This document shows, piece by piece, positions 37,099 through 46,578 of a DNA stretch of 64,000 bases (position 1 is its first letter; every line of letters begins with the position of its first letter). The translations under genes and the position numbers were made by a program. The notes beneath the pieces are model-generated. The model ran no database searches. It had not been told where the DNA came from and saw nothing but the letters and a program-made list of their open reading frames with translations. This DNA comes from Candidatus Levyibacteriota bacterium. GTDB lineage: Bacteria > Patescibacteriota > Microgenomatia > Levybacterales > UBA12049. The stretch spans positions 80,689 to 144,688 of the forward strand of contig JACPLG010000008.1 of the NCBI GenBank assembly GCA_016186625.1. Direction: 5' to 3'.

Positions 37099-37846
37099 TC
37101 TACCCCAAATTAATCCCGAAGCAGAAGAAAAAAAGATCGTCTCTTTTTTGAGAAAAACGTTTCACGAACAAAAGATTGAAAAAGCAGTAATTGGAGTTTC
37201 AGGAGGAATTGATTCGTCGGTAAGCTTGACACTGCTTGCTAAAGCTATACCTGCAGAAAATATTTTAGCCCTAAACCTTCCCTATTTTAATGAAATTGAT
37301 AAAGACATTCCAGAACTTGAGAAAACACTTAATATGCGAATAACTACTGTATCGATCAAAAAAACAACGGATGAAGTAATCTCTCGTTTAGAAATTTCTG
37401 AGGAAGAGGCACTTCGCCGCGGCAATATTTCGGCAAGAGTCCGAATGATTGTCCTCTATGATTTTGCTAAAAAACATAGCTCTCTTGTTGTAGGTACTGA
37501 AAACAGATCTGAACACCACATGGGCTATTTTACGCGCTTTGGTGACGAAGCGTCAGATATTGAGCCAATCCAGCATTTGTATAAAACCCAGGTTTATGAA
37601 TTAGCAAGATATCTTGGAATTCCGCGTTCGATTATTGACAAATCTCCTTCTGCTAATCTTTGGCAACAGCAGACTGATGAAGGCGAATTCGGGTTTTCTT
37701 ATGCTGAAGCTGACCAAGTTCTTTATCGTTACTTTGATAAAAAGGAAAAGACCGAACAAATCGAAAAAGATTTTCCAAGTGCAGGAAAAATTATCGACTT
37801 TGCCAATAAAAACTCCTACAAACACCACGTCCCATACCACCTTTAG
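37091..37846 (+). CDS. nadE: NH3-dependent NAD synthetase
   Basis: GVSGGIDS, NISARVRM, GYFTRFGD, PSANLW..TDE. Confidence 0.96.
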   Translation: MFSLPQINPEAEEKKIVSFLRKTFHEQKIEKAVIGVSGGIDSSVSLTLLAKAIPAENILALNLPYFNEIDKDIPELEKTLNMRITTVSIKKTTDEVISRLEISEEEALRRGNISARVRMIVLYDFAKKHSSLVVGTENRSEHHMGYFTRFGDEASDIEPIQHLYKTQVYELARYLGIPRSIIDKSPSANLWQQQTDEGEFGFSYAEADQVLYRYFDKKEKTEQIEKDFPSAGKIIDFANKNSYKHHVPYHL

Positions 37847-37855
37847 CTTTACACC

Positions 37856-38628
37856 TTTACACCCCGGGTGTGGATTTACCTTGACACCCCAGGGATTTAG
37901 ATTTAAAGTTAGTTTATATGCCAAGAAGGAGATTTGTTTTAGCTACCAATGAAACTTACCACATATATAACAGGTCTGTTGCTAAGGAGTCGATATTTTC
38001 TTCAGCTACTTGTTTAAACAAGATAATCGAGATATCAGACTATTATCGATACCATCAAGAGCTTAGGCTGTCTAAGTTTAAAAAATTACCCGTTGATCAG
38101 AAAAAGAGCTATTTAGATTCGATTAAGAACAGGGAGAAACTTGTAGACATCTATTCATTTGCTTTTATGCCTAATCACTACCATTTCTTATTGAAACAAC
38201 TGGTCGATAATGGAATCGTAAATTTTATTTCTAATTTTCAAAATAGTTTTGCTAAATACTTTAATATAAAAAATGATCGAAACGGTGCTTTATTTCTGAA
38301 CCCCTTTAAAGGAAAAAGAATAGAGTCTGAAGACCAGTTTGTTCATGTCTCAAGATATATTCACCTAAATCCTGTCACTTCATACTTGGTTGAGTTTAAA
38401 GACTTACCAGATTATCCTTGGACTTCTTTTAGAATCTACCATTACGGTTTAAATTTATTTGTAAATACTAAGCTGATACTGGAGAGTTTTAAATCCATAA
38501 AGAGTTATTACAATTTTGTGGAAGATCAAGTAGATTATCAAAGAAGTCTTGCTTTAATAAAGGATTTAGTTCTTGAGTGATTTACCTAATATCCTAGGGT
38601 GTAAACCTAAATTCACCCCCGGGGTGTA
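37856..38628. mobile_element. RAYT-2 locus flanked by inverted family 2 REP doublets
   Basis: 37856-37897 and 38591-38628 in opposite orientation. Confidence 0.8.
37918..38580 (+). CDS. REP-associated tyrosine transposase (RAYT)
   Basis: YHIYNRS, FMPNHYHFLL, GALF..PFK, YIHLNP, WTSF. Confidence 0.92.
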   Translation: MPRRRFVLATNETYHIYNRSVAKESIFSSATCLNKIIEISDYYRYHQELRLSKFKKLPVDQKKSYLDSIKNREKLVDIYSFAFMPNHYHFLLKQLVDNGIVNFISNFQNSFAKYFNIKNDRNGALFLNPFKGKRIESEDQFVHVSRYIHLNPVTSYLVEFKDLPDYPWTSFRIYHYGLNLFVNTKLILESFKSIKSYYNFVEDQVDYQRSLALIKDLVLE

Positions 38629-38682
38629 TGCGGGACGATATTTGCTTGATTTGGGGTTCAGTTAGTTTTAAGATTGTAGTCA

Positions 38683-39363
38683 ATGATTCCTATTGCTGAT
38701 TCTGTAAAAGCCAAGCGTTTCCCCATTTTCAATATAGGAATAATTATTCTCACAGTTTTTGTTTTTTATCTTCAAATAACCAGTCCTGAATCATTCACCT
38801 ATCAATATGCCTTAATTCCTTCCCAAATCGACTTTGCTAACTTCTCAACTTTGTACCCTTTTGTTACCTCAATATTTCTTCACGGCGGATTTTTACACAT
38901 TATTTCCAATATGATATTTCTCTGGGTATTTGGAGATAATGTTGAGGGACACTTTCCTTTCTTAACCTACCCCTTTTTATACATTGGGTCAGGAATAGTG
39001 GCTAGCCTTGCACAGTACATTATTAGCCCAGCGTCAAATATACCCATGCTGGGGGCATCCGGTGCTGTTGCAGGGGCATTGGGCGCATATTTTGTGTTAT
39101 TTCCCCACCATAAAATAAAGACCTTTGTCCCTTTCTTTGGCTTCTTTACTATGGTAAATATAAGCGCAGTTTTTATGCTTGGGTATTGGTTTGTTTTGCA
39201 AATCTTATCAGGAGCGGCAAGTTTATCCGGACCATCTGATATTGGTGGTGTTGCTTTCTGGGCACATGTGGGAGGATTTGTCTTTGGCGCAGCCGCAGCG
39301 AAACTCCTTGACCTATTCAAACACGAAGAACAACACACAGATCATGCCGAGCTTTCCCCATAG
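38683..39363 (+). CDS. Rhomboid protease
   Basis: FLHGGFLHIISNM, GASGAVAG, AHVGGF. Confidence 0.95.
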   Translation: MIPIADSVKAKRFPIFNIGIIILTVFVFYLQITSPESFTYQYALIPSQIDFANFSTLYPFVTSIFLHGGFLHIISNMIFLWVFGDNVEGHFPFLTYPFLYIGSGIVASLAQYIISPASNIPMLGASGAVAGALGAYFVLFPHHKIKTFVPFFGFFTMVNISAVFMLGYWFVLQILSGAASLSGPSDIGGVAFWAHVGGFVFGAAAAKLLDLFKHEEQHTDHAELSP

Positions 39364-39392
39364 CCTCAGAAGATGATATAATTAGCAAGAGT

Positions 39393-39465
39393 GGTGGATG
39401 TAGCTCAGTGGTAGAGCTCCTGGTTGTGGTCCAGGTGGCCGCGGGTTCGATCCCCGTCATCCACC
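39393..39465 (+). tRNA. tRNA-His(GTG) with G-1
   Basis: CCTGG-TTGTGGT-CCAGG. Confidence 0.96.
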
Positions 39466-39898
39466 CATTCGACTCACTTCGTTCGCTCATGGCTGTAAGC
39501 CGGAGTCGAATGTCCTGAGTTCATCGAAGGACAAAATGTCTTTTTTCATTTACATTCTCCGTAGCTCATCCAATCAACTATATATTGGACAAACGAATAA
39601 TTTTGAAAATCGGACAAAGCAACATATTGCAAAAGATTGTAAAGCAGCGAAATTTACTAAAGATCATGAAGACTTCAAGCCCGTTTATAAAGAGGAGTAC
39701 CCTACAAGATTAGAAGCAATGAGAAGAGAAGCACAGATTAAAAAATGGTCAAGAGCAAAAAAAGAAGCGCTTATTGCAGGAAATTTGAAAGAACTTAAAA
39801 ATTTAAGCAAAAAGAAATAGTAAGTGAGATCATCGAGCCTGAGCCTGAGGTTCACTTCAGAGTCGAAGACCTGTCGAACCATCCCCGTCATCCACCCA
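39450..39898 (+). mobile_element. GIY-YIG mini-element at the tRNA-His 3' end with 18-bp direct repeat
   Basis: ATCCCCGTCATCCACCCA at 39450-39467 and 39881-39898; TTCGAC/GTCGAA palindromes at both ends. Confidence 0.8.
39536..39820 (+). CDS. GIY-YIG nuclease (stand-alone)
   Basis: FIYIL..LYIGQT..R..EAMRREAQIKKWSRAKK. Confidence 0.93.
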   Translation: MSFFIYILRSSSNQLYIGQTNNFENRTKQHIAKDCKAAKFTKDHEDFKPVYKEEYPTRLEAMRREAQIKKWSRAKKEALIAGNLKELKNLSKKK

Positions 39899-40068
39899 AA
39901 TTAAATGCGCTCGGACTCACAAATGCAGTTTGGCTTGCTATAACAGGCAAATCATATCTTTTTCATCTTCACTTTTTCTGATTTGATTGGAAACTTTCTG
40001 AATGTATGCAAATGGAGTTCGGATATCTATGGTGAGCTTTTCCATACTTATACCTAGCAAGACGTAGC

Positions 40069-41019
40069 TCAATAACCTAAGTGTTTACCAAATGTAGTTG
40101 TGTCAATTGGTAAACTGGCTACATATTGGTTTATGCAATATCTTAAAGTTTCTCTCTTATTTTGCCATCTATGGTTATTGCCCAGTTTCTTAGCTATTTG
40201 TTTCTCAAAAGAAGTTTCCCATATGGCCTTAAGCAATACCATATCATCTGTAAAACTTGATAGATCCTCTAACTCAAGATCGCTGGCCGTAGCATCAATT
40301 GTATCTAAATATTTTCTTATCTGTTTTTCACTGAAATCATAAGCTAACTGACTAGTACCATCAGGTGCTGTGAAGTTCCAGAATCGGCCAGTGAAAGGGC
40401 TAGTGATTACATCGAATCCCACAGGAGCGATAAACTTATGCTCAAAATCCATGACTCCACCTGGCAACATATTAAATGGTCCTAAATCACCGTGCGTTAA
40501 AACTTGTGGTAGATTGACGACTCTTGCCTCTGCCATAGCGAATGCTTTCTCGAGATCTTCTATGCTAAGGTCAGGATTTTCCTCGATAACATTATCTAAG
40601 TTAACCCCGTCACGCAAATTACCTTGTTCTCTAAATGAAGGAGCAGATTTTAACTGTGCAACTAAAAATAGACTTGCAATACGGCAGTATTGATCAAAGG
40701 AAGTCTCTTCTATGACGCCGGTGGCCGCGTATTCTTCCCTAAATATATCGCCAAAAGTTCTAGTGCCTAGAGAGGATTCGGTAAAATAGTATGTATCAGC
40801 ATCAATTTCTCCATCACTTAATACTTCTGGAGTAGGAAATCCCATATCATGCAGAGTTCTTGCAAACTCTACTTCATCACGGATACTATTCTTAGACCCA
40901 GTTTTTAAATATCTGTCGCCATAGATAGATAGGTAGACAATTCCTTGACTTATAGTACGTGCCTTTACAAAATGCCAATCAGTATTCTCGAGTTGCAGCT
41001 GTTGTTTTAATACTTCCAT
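40069..41019 (-). CDS. Aminoglycoside phosphotransferase-family kinase
   Basis: THGDLGPFN and DFE motifs. Confidence 0.8.
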   Translation of the reverse strand: MEVLKQQLQLENTDWHFVKARTISQGIVYLSIYGDRYLKTGSKNSIRDEVEFARTLHDMGFPTPEVLSDGEIDADTYYFTESSLGTRTFGDIFREEYAATGVIEETSFDQYCRIASLFLVAQLKSAPSFREQGNLRDGVNLDNVIEENPDLSIEDLEKAFAMAEARVVNLPQVLTHGDLGPFNMLPGGVMDFEHKFIAPVGFDVITSPFTGRFWNFTAPDGTSQLAYDFSEKQIRKYLDTIDATASDLELEDLSSFTDDMVLLKAIWETSFEKQIAKKLGNNHRWQNKRETLRYCINQYVASLPIDTTTFGKHLGY

Positions 41020-41224
41020 CGTTAATTAGACCATAAACGAATAATTATTACATATACGTAGACGAGGCGGTAAGGTGCAATCTTACTATTTACAAAATAG
41101 ATTTTATACTATTAATTCTAATAGTCAATATCAGGGAGTTTATGCAACTTATGGAAACTCCTAATCACATAACTCAAAAAGCCTTGAGGCTATATAACTA
41201 GGCAAAATAAAACTTAATCATCCT

Positions 41225-42385
41225 CTACATTAAACTGAGGAGGTTGGGCCTTATTCCAAATGTTGAATAAAGATCGTTGAGCGTCATTTCGGGATGTTTT
41301 TTACGCCGAGACTCCGACTCAGAAAGTATTTTACGCATTGAACTCTCCTCACCCGATATAGCTTCCGCAACTCTGGGCGTAGACATGGATCCATCGATGA
41401 AAGACTGTAAAACACTTTGGACATTCACAAAACCCTCCGACTGCAACCAAACTTCCTCTATCAGGGAGCGAACAATTTTTCTAAGTACGTACGAGTGCCT
41501 CTTATTTCCGGGCATTAACCCTTCTGCTGTTAGCTCATCTATCACGCGACAAAGATTCGCCATGTAATGAGCATCCAAATCAGAGATATGACCAAATGTA
41601 CCCTTGAATTGCTCCGCTAGCTTTCTCCATGGCATCAATGAAAATTTATTTTCACCTGTTAGTGCACGTTCAACCCTGCCCATGCCCAGGCCCACATCAA
41701 ATGCCGTGTGTTCAAAAGGAACTACTGATGTGCCTTCGGAAATTCCATCAATGTCCACAATCCTACCAATCTGCAGACAATCAGATAAGTCTTGATTCTG
41801 ATCATAGCCTTCTGAAGCGAACCACGCGATTACCCCACGCCCGTGCAGGTCCCCTTCTCCAAAGCTCCATTCATGCTTCAATACTTCAGGGTCTTCAATG
41901 ATACGAACCTGATTTGGGTCTAGAGAGGCAGACCTTAGTGCCGACTCTAGAGGATGACCTCCAATTGTAGAGAATATTAGGTTCTTTTTGTTAAGCCCCA
42001 GTGCACTTAACATATCAACAAAATATTCCATTGCCTTATCATGACTCACATTGAAAAGACCGCTGCCAAGCATGTGAAATAATGATGTATAATTTATATC
42101 TACACGAGCAGTGTCAAAAGTGCCGCCAGTTCCACCTAAGCGAAGACATTTTTGTATAAAAGCAAAATTGGAAGGGGTCGTATCACCGGAGAACATCGAT
42201 TTGAACGGAGTGATTGTCGCATTAGTAAACAAAACTGTGGGATCGTCAATGACTAATGGGAAAGAATCGTGCGTCGTAAATCCATTGTCTTGATGATATT
42301 CCAGAAATGAAGATTTTATAGATTCTACTACAGCGACTTCTTTATCTTGATGATATTCCTGAGGTGAAGATTTTATAGATTCCAT
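41225..42385 (-). CDS. Truncated alanyl-tRNA synthetase paralog (catalytic and helical domains only)
   Basis: DPTVLFTNA..PFK, QKCLR, FHMLG, DVGLGMGR, PGNKRHSYVLRKIVR, LYSTFGI. Confidence 0.85.
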   Translation of the reverse strand: MESIKSSPQEYHQDKEVAVVESIKSSFLEYHQDNGFTTHDSFPLVIDDPTVLFTNATITPFKSMFSGDTTPSNFAFIQKCLRLGGTGGTFDTARVDINYTSLFHMLGSGLFNVSHDKAMEYFVDMLSALGLNKKNLIFSTIGGHPLESALRSASLDPNQVRIIEDPEVLKHEWSFGEGDLHGRGVIAWFASEGYDQNQDLSDCLQIGRIVDIDGISEGTSVVPFEHTAFDVGLGMGRVERALTGENKFSLMPWRKLAEQFKGTFGHISDLDAHYMANLCRVIDELTAEGLMPGNKRHSYVLRKIVRSLIEEVWLQSEGFVNVQSVLQSFIDGSMSTPRVAEAISGEESSMRKILSESESRRKKHPEMTLNDLYSTFGIRPNLLSLM

Positions 42386-42509
42386 TACAGCGACTCCTTA
42401 GATGCTGGGCAAGTTTTATAAAAGTACAGTATAGTATCATAATGAACTAATCTTGTAAAATAATTAAAACTACCTTCATTAAATGAGAACAGACCATGAA
42501 GGGTATCTA

Positions 42510-43142
42510 TCACTCGTGATCGCCCAGTCTCCATACGTTACCGCGGCCCACTTTATGCTCACCCGTTGAGTCTATACGCAAGGCAGCACCCTCGCCAATT
42601 GCCACAAAAGGGCATGTGCCAACCTTATGAAAACTTGTCCATGCAGACCTGGCTTTATCGAAGGAATCTTGATTTGCGTGCACCTGCACACAAGCAGAAA
42701 CGATCCCCCAACCTTTCCTCACCTCAAATACGTCGCTACCTTCGTGAATATACCAAGAAGATAGAGCCTGAGCCCCGGCGCTCATTCCAGCAATGTGAGC
42801 ACCTCGCTCAAAAGCCGCAATTAAAAGCCCCACAATGTCCCATTCAGAAAATAATCGCATTAACTGATCAGTATCACCACCACCTAAATATATCACCGAT
42901 GAAGACTTGATCGCATTGATCGCATACTCACGACCCTTTTTCTCCGTAGGGACCAAAACCTTAAATTTATCGCCAAAAACAGATGTAATGGAATCAGAAT
43001 ATGCAACGCTATCTTGTGCCGCAAAGCCAAAAAAAGCGAAGGTAGATCCTTCAGACGCAAGAGACTTTATATCCTCATCGATCTGATATGTCTCACCGTC
43101 TCTAATTTCTCCACCACCGATTAAATAAATTGAACCTATCAT
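42510..43142 (-). CDS. Peptidase S51 (dipeptidase E/cyanophycinase-like)
   Basis: YLIGGG, IYLGGGDT, GMSAGA. Confidence 0.85.
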   Translation of the reverse strand: MIGSIYLIGGGEIRDGETYQIDEDIKSLASEGSTFAFFGFAAQDSVAYSDSITSVFGDKFKVLVPTEKKGREYAINAIKSSSVIYLGGGDTDQLMRLFSEWDIVGLLIAAFERGAHIAGMSAGAQALSSWYIHEGSDVFEVRKGWGIVSACVQVHANQDSFDKARSAWTSFHKVGTCPFVAIGEGAALRIDSTGEHKVGRGNVWRLGDHE

Positions 43143-44626
43143 ATCGACATACGAATCAAAGGATTTTTATTAGAGCGTATATTTGCGCTAGACTGACACA
43201 CCCCACTCATTAGCTTAACTGAAACAGCATGAGTATCAATATTTGATTTCACATCACTTATATTGATTCGTCCAAGGATAAACTCAATAAACTCACGTAT
43301 AACACGATCTTTGGCTTTCTCCCCCGTAAGTCCAGTAACGTCAGCCTGCTGTTCTAGATCACGAGCAGATATCCTAAAGAAGGCTTTGCCTTCGCCAAAC
43401 ATACCAACATTGCGAAATACGTATATTTCAAAATGATTGTTACCGCCAACCTCAAATTCATCGGAATTATCAACATCATGCTGATGCTTGGATTGATAGT
43501 TATGAATCTGAATACACTGAAAAGGACCTTGTTGAATAATAAATTGCTGATGCTTTACCCTACCATTGCCTTTATACAGATCAGCATTTGGCGCAGCCCA
43601 TGAACGCCTCGAGAAGCTACTGTGCATCAAATTCACAGAGATATTGCAAATATTCTCACCGCTCCTAAGCAGCCGAATAATGTTAAACGAATCCACCTCG
43701 CCATAATCAGAAATTTTGTCTAGGTATTGCTTCGAAGAAAGACCAGTCCGCTCGTAATCAGATCCAAAATATCTAATGTAGTCTTCCTCATTTAAATTAA
43801 GAATGAGTCCACTCGGAGTCAATGGAGATGAAAAAATCTCTAATTGATCAGGTTGCTTATCATCAACAAGGCCAGACTGATACATTTGCCAGGCCATATC
43901 GAACAAGTGATACCCACTAAATGCTACTTTTCCAAAACCATCCTTAAGACCATGAGATTCTTGGGTTATTACCTCCTGCGGAAACCTCCACGAACCATCA
44001 GCATGCATAATCTGCATCGACGTTACGGGTACATTAAATTTTTTCGCTGTCCCTGAAATCAGTTCTCGGACTTTATCGAAGCCATACTCGTATCTTCGCT
44101 GAACATCTATAGAAAAAATGGTTGGTTTGTCGGCCAGATGCAACTTGTACAGATCCAGAAGTTCACTGTAATCATCAATTAAACCCATAGCTTGAGAACG
44201 ATCAACACTGATCGCCTTCCTAGCTGTAATGGGCTTATCCATAAGAATATGCAACCCTTTGCGAAGAGCCCATTCGGCATATGCCTTATGAGCTGTAGGC
44301 TCTGTAGCAATCACAACCCCTTGTATATCAAATTTATTAACCAAAGCATCTAACATCGCCCTAGAGTGATCAGGAATGCCATCAGCTGTATCAAAAGAGT
44401 CAAGATATAACATCTCCAAATCATACCTCTGATCTTTAAGGTATGAATCCACAGTATCCATTTGCCGCTTCAGATCTACAGCTGCAATTAAGCGTATAGG
44501 ATAATCTGCAGCCAACCTAAAAAAGGCAGGGACATAGATCCGCTTCGCATGAGGCCCAACTCCAATTAGCAGTAAATTTACAGTTTTCATATTGTTATCT
44601 TTTATCATATTATCAATCTTATACAC
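43139..44626 (-). CDS. Gfo/Idh/MocA-family oxidoreductase
   Basis: LIGVGPHA Rossmann loop, VIATEP..H, LMDKP, QRRY. Confidence 0.82.
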   Translation of the reverse strand: MYKIDNMIKDNNMKTVNLLLIGVGPHAKRIYVPAFFRLAADYPIRLIAAVDLKRQMDTVDSYLKDQRYDLEMLYLDSFDTADGIPDHSRAMLDALVNKFDIQGVVIATEPTAHKAYAEWALRKGLHILMDKPITARKAISVDRSQAMGLIDDYSELLDLYKLHLADKPTIFSIDVQRRYEYGFDKVRELISGTAKKFNVPVTSMQIMHADGSWRFPQEVITQESHGLKDGFGKVAFSGYHLFDMAWQMYQSGLVDDKQPDQLEIFSSPLTPSGLILNLNEEDYIRYFGSDYERTGLSSKQYLDKISDYGEVDSFNIIRLLRSGENICNISVNLMHSSFSRRSWAAPNADLYKGNGRVKHQQFIIQQGPFQCIQIHNYQSKHQHDVDNSDEFEVGGNNHFEIYVFRNVGMFGEGKAFFRISARDLEQQADVTGLTGEKAKDRVIREFIEFILGRINISDVKSNIDTHAVSVKLMSGVCQSSANIRSNKNPLIRMSI

Positions 44627-44673
44627 AACTGCAAGAATGCACTTCTTGTCAATTCACTTCTTTCTATGATACG

Positions 44674-45561
44674 ATGAGATCCTTTAAGTTACAAATTAGG
44701 AGCAATGGACAGAATATGAACCACATAGAGAATCGAGAGAATATGAACCACATAGAGAATCAATGGGGAGTTGAACGTCTGAGTCCAGATAACTCAGCCG
44801 AAGCATGTGAGCTCCTACCTGCACTCGCATCAAACGAAATTGCAGCTATTCAAATTGCTCAATTCTTAGGTAGACAAGACTTGGATATCGTCATTCAGAA
44901 CATGAGCCGACAAAATATACAATGGTACGAAAACAGAGAGTTCCAACAGGGTAGAATTGGCATAAACGCCACAGGATTTGGTTATGAATCTGGCGGCAAG
45001 CAAAGATACTTTGACCTCACCCCAGAAGCCGCGAAGGTTCGAGATGAAATATTTAAGGGAGCTTCAAACCCAATTGATAAAATTATTAAATTCTTTTCAT
45101 CAAATGGATATAATGCATCCATAGCGACTGAACCAGGCATGCAAAATGCGCAGTACTTCGCAGGCCTCATTAGAGCAATGGGAGCAAAAAGCACGCTGCA
45201 TTTTGACTATGCTCCAAACCAGCTTCCAGGCTGGAGCGTCTCTGATGCAGATGAACAATATGGTCTCGTTTTATACCTTCAGATGCCAACTGAAGGAGGG
45301 GAATTAACTGTCTACAATCGCCCATGGCAGCCAGAAGATGAGTCCCACAACAATGATATTGGACAAAAGGGAAGATACGGATTCGCAGAGGATTTCCTAG
45401 AAGACACACCGCATGCCACAATATCGCCTAAAGCGGGAGACTTAGTAGTATTTAAAACACGCAACTTCCATCAAGTAGCGGCTATCAACTCAGATAAACC
45501 AAGATTAGGCCTTACCACCTTCATGACATTGAAAGATGGGTCGCTATCGTTGTGGAGCTAA
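44674..45561 (+). CDS. 2OG-Fe(II) oxygenase (start may be 44716)
   Basis: HFD, GGEL, PKAGDLVVF..NFHQV..R. Confidence 0.8.
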   Translation: MRSFKLQIRSNGQNMNHIENRENMNHIENQWGVERLSPDNSAEACELLPALASNEIAAIQIAQFLGRQDLDIVIQNMSRQNIQWYENREFQQGRIGINATGFGYESGGKQRYFDLTPEAAKVRDEIFKGASNPIDKIIKFFSSNGYNASIATEPGMQNAQYFAGLIRAMGAKSTLHFDYAPNQLPGWSVSDADEQYGLVLYLQMPTEGGELTVYNRPWQPEDESHNNDIGQKGRYGFAEDFLEDTPHATISPKAGDLVVFKTRNFHQVAAINSDKPRLGLTTFMTLKDGSLSLWS

Positions 45562-45575
45562 CTACACACATTTAC

Positions 45576-46409
45576 TTACCAAAGATCTGACTCGAAAAAA
45601 CTGCGAAACTTCCTCATAACCTCTTTAGTAAAGGGCCCAACTGATCCGTCCCCCACGGGAACGTCATTCAACTTGGTCACGGGCATTATGTCCATTCCGG
45701 TAGCGGTGATAAACAGTTCCGACGCACCTAGTAGCTCCTGTACAGAAAAGTCACAAGCCTCAGCCCGAACAGAAAGTTGTAATTTATTAATTATGATATC
45801 GCGCGTAATCCCCTCCAGAATCCCTGTTTTAGGAGTCACAAGAGAACCATCTATTGCTGCAAATACATTACTCATCGTTCCTTCGCGTACCATACCTTCG
45901 GAATGATAGATAACCTCATCTATGTCATTAGGGATAGAATTGAATTGACGAATCGCCTCTATGTAATTATTCGTTTTGGCTTGTGGTTTATACCTTTGAA
46001 ATTCGGAAAGTAAAACATGGACTCCGTTAGCATAATCTTCAGAGGGGCGCGGAATACGCTGGTCAACCATAATAACTATTGTAGGTATTTTCGTTGTAGA
46101 GAGTGTCATTGAGGGCCCACCAGAAATAGTGACACGCATAACCTTTTCGCCCTCAACAGACTCATTCGCTTTAAGTGTTTGTACCACCCACTCAGTAATC
46201 AGCTCTTTTGGCCAAGGCAAATTCAGTGATATTTCCTGACAAGATCGATAAAGCCTATCTATATGTTTTTCTAACATAAACGGACGCCCCTTTGAAGTCA
46301 TCATAAACTCAAAAACAGCGTAGCCACGCGAATAGCCTAAATCACGTGGAGATATAAGCAGATCATCTTCATTGACAAGTTGACCATTTAAGAAATGCAC
46401 ACTCTTCAT
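45576..46409 (-). CDS. Class IV PLP aminotransferase (DAT/BCAT/ADC lyase-like)
   Basis: GYAVFE, HIDRL, KTNNY, EGTMSNVF, LEGITR. Confidence 0.92.
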   Translation of the reverse strand: MKSVHFLNGQLVNEDDLLISPRDLGYSRGYAVFEFMMTSKGRPFMLEKHIDRLYRSCQEISLNLPWPKELITEWVVQTLKANESVEGEKVMRVTISGGPSMTLSTTKIPTIVIMVDQRIPRPSEDYANGVHVLLSEFQRYKPQAKTNNYIEAIRQFNSIPNDIDEVIYHSEGMVREGTMSNVFAAIDGSLVTPKTGILEGITRDIIINKLQLSVRAEACDFSVQELLGASELFITATGMDIMPVTKLNDVPVGDGSVGPFTKEVMRKFRSFFESDLW

Positions 46410-46578
46410 AAAATAAATTACCTCTTATTATACACCCCTCCATGTCCCACCCTACGGTACTGCAAGGATGAGCGGAACACTTAGAGCCCGAGGCGTGCAA
46501 TGATACTAGATGGAGAGTAAGCTATACGAATTCAGTGAAAGAGGTGCGATAAAATGCTAGTTCTTGTGCTTGGAGAGT

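Noticed and set aside
41225-42385. Calling this the housekeeping alaS
   Set aside because: Only 386 aa, with altered conserved motifs, and located in an island-like region.
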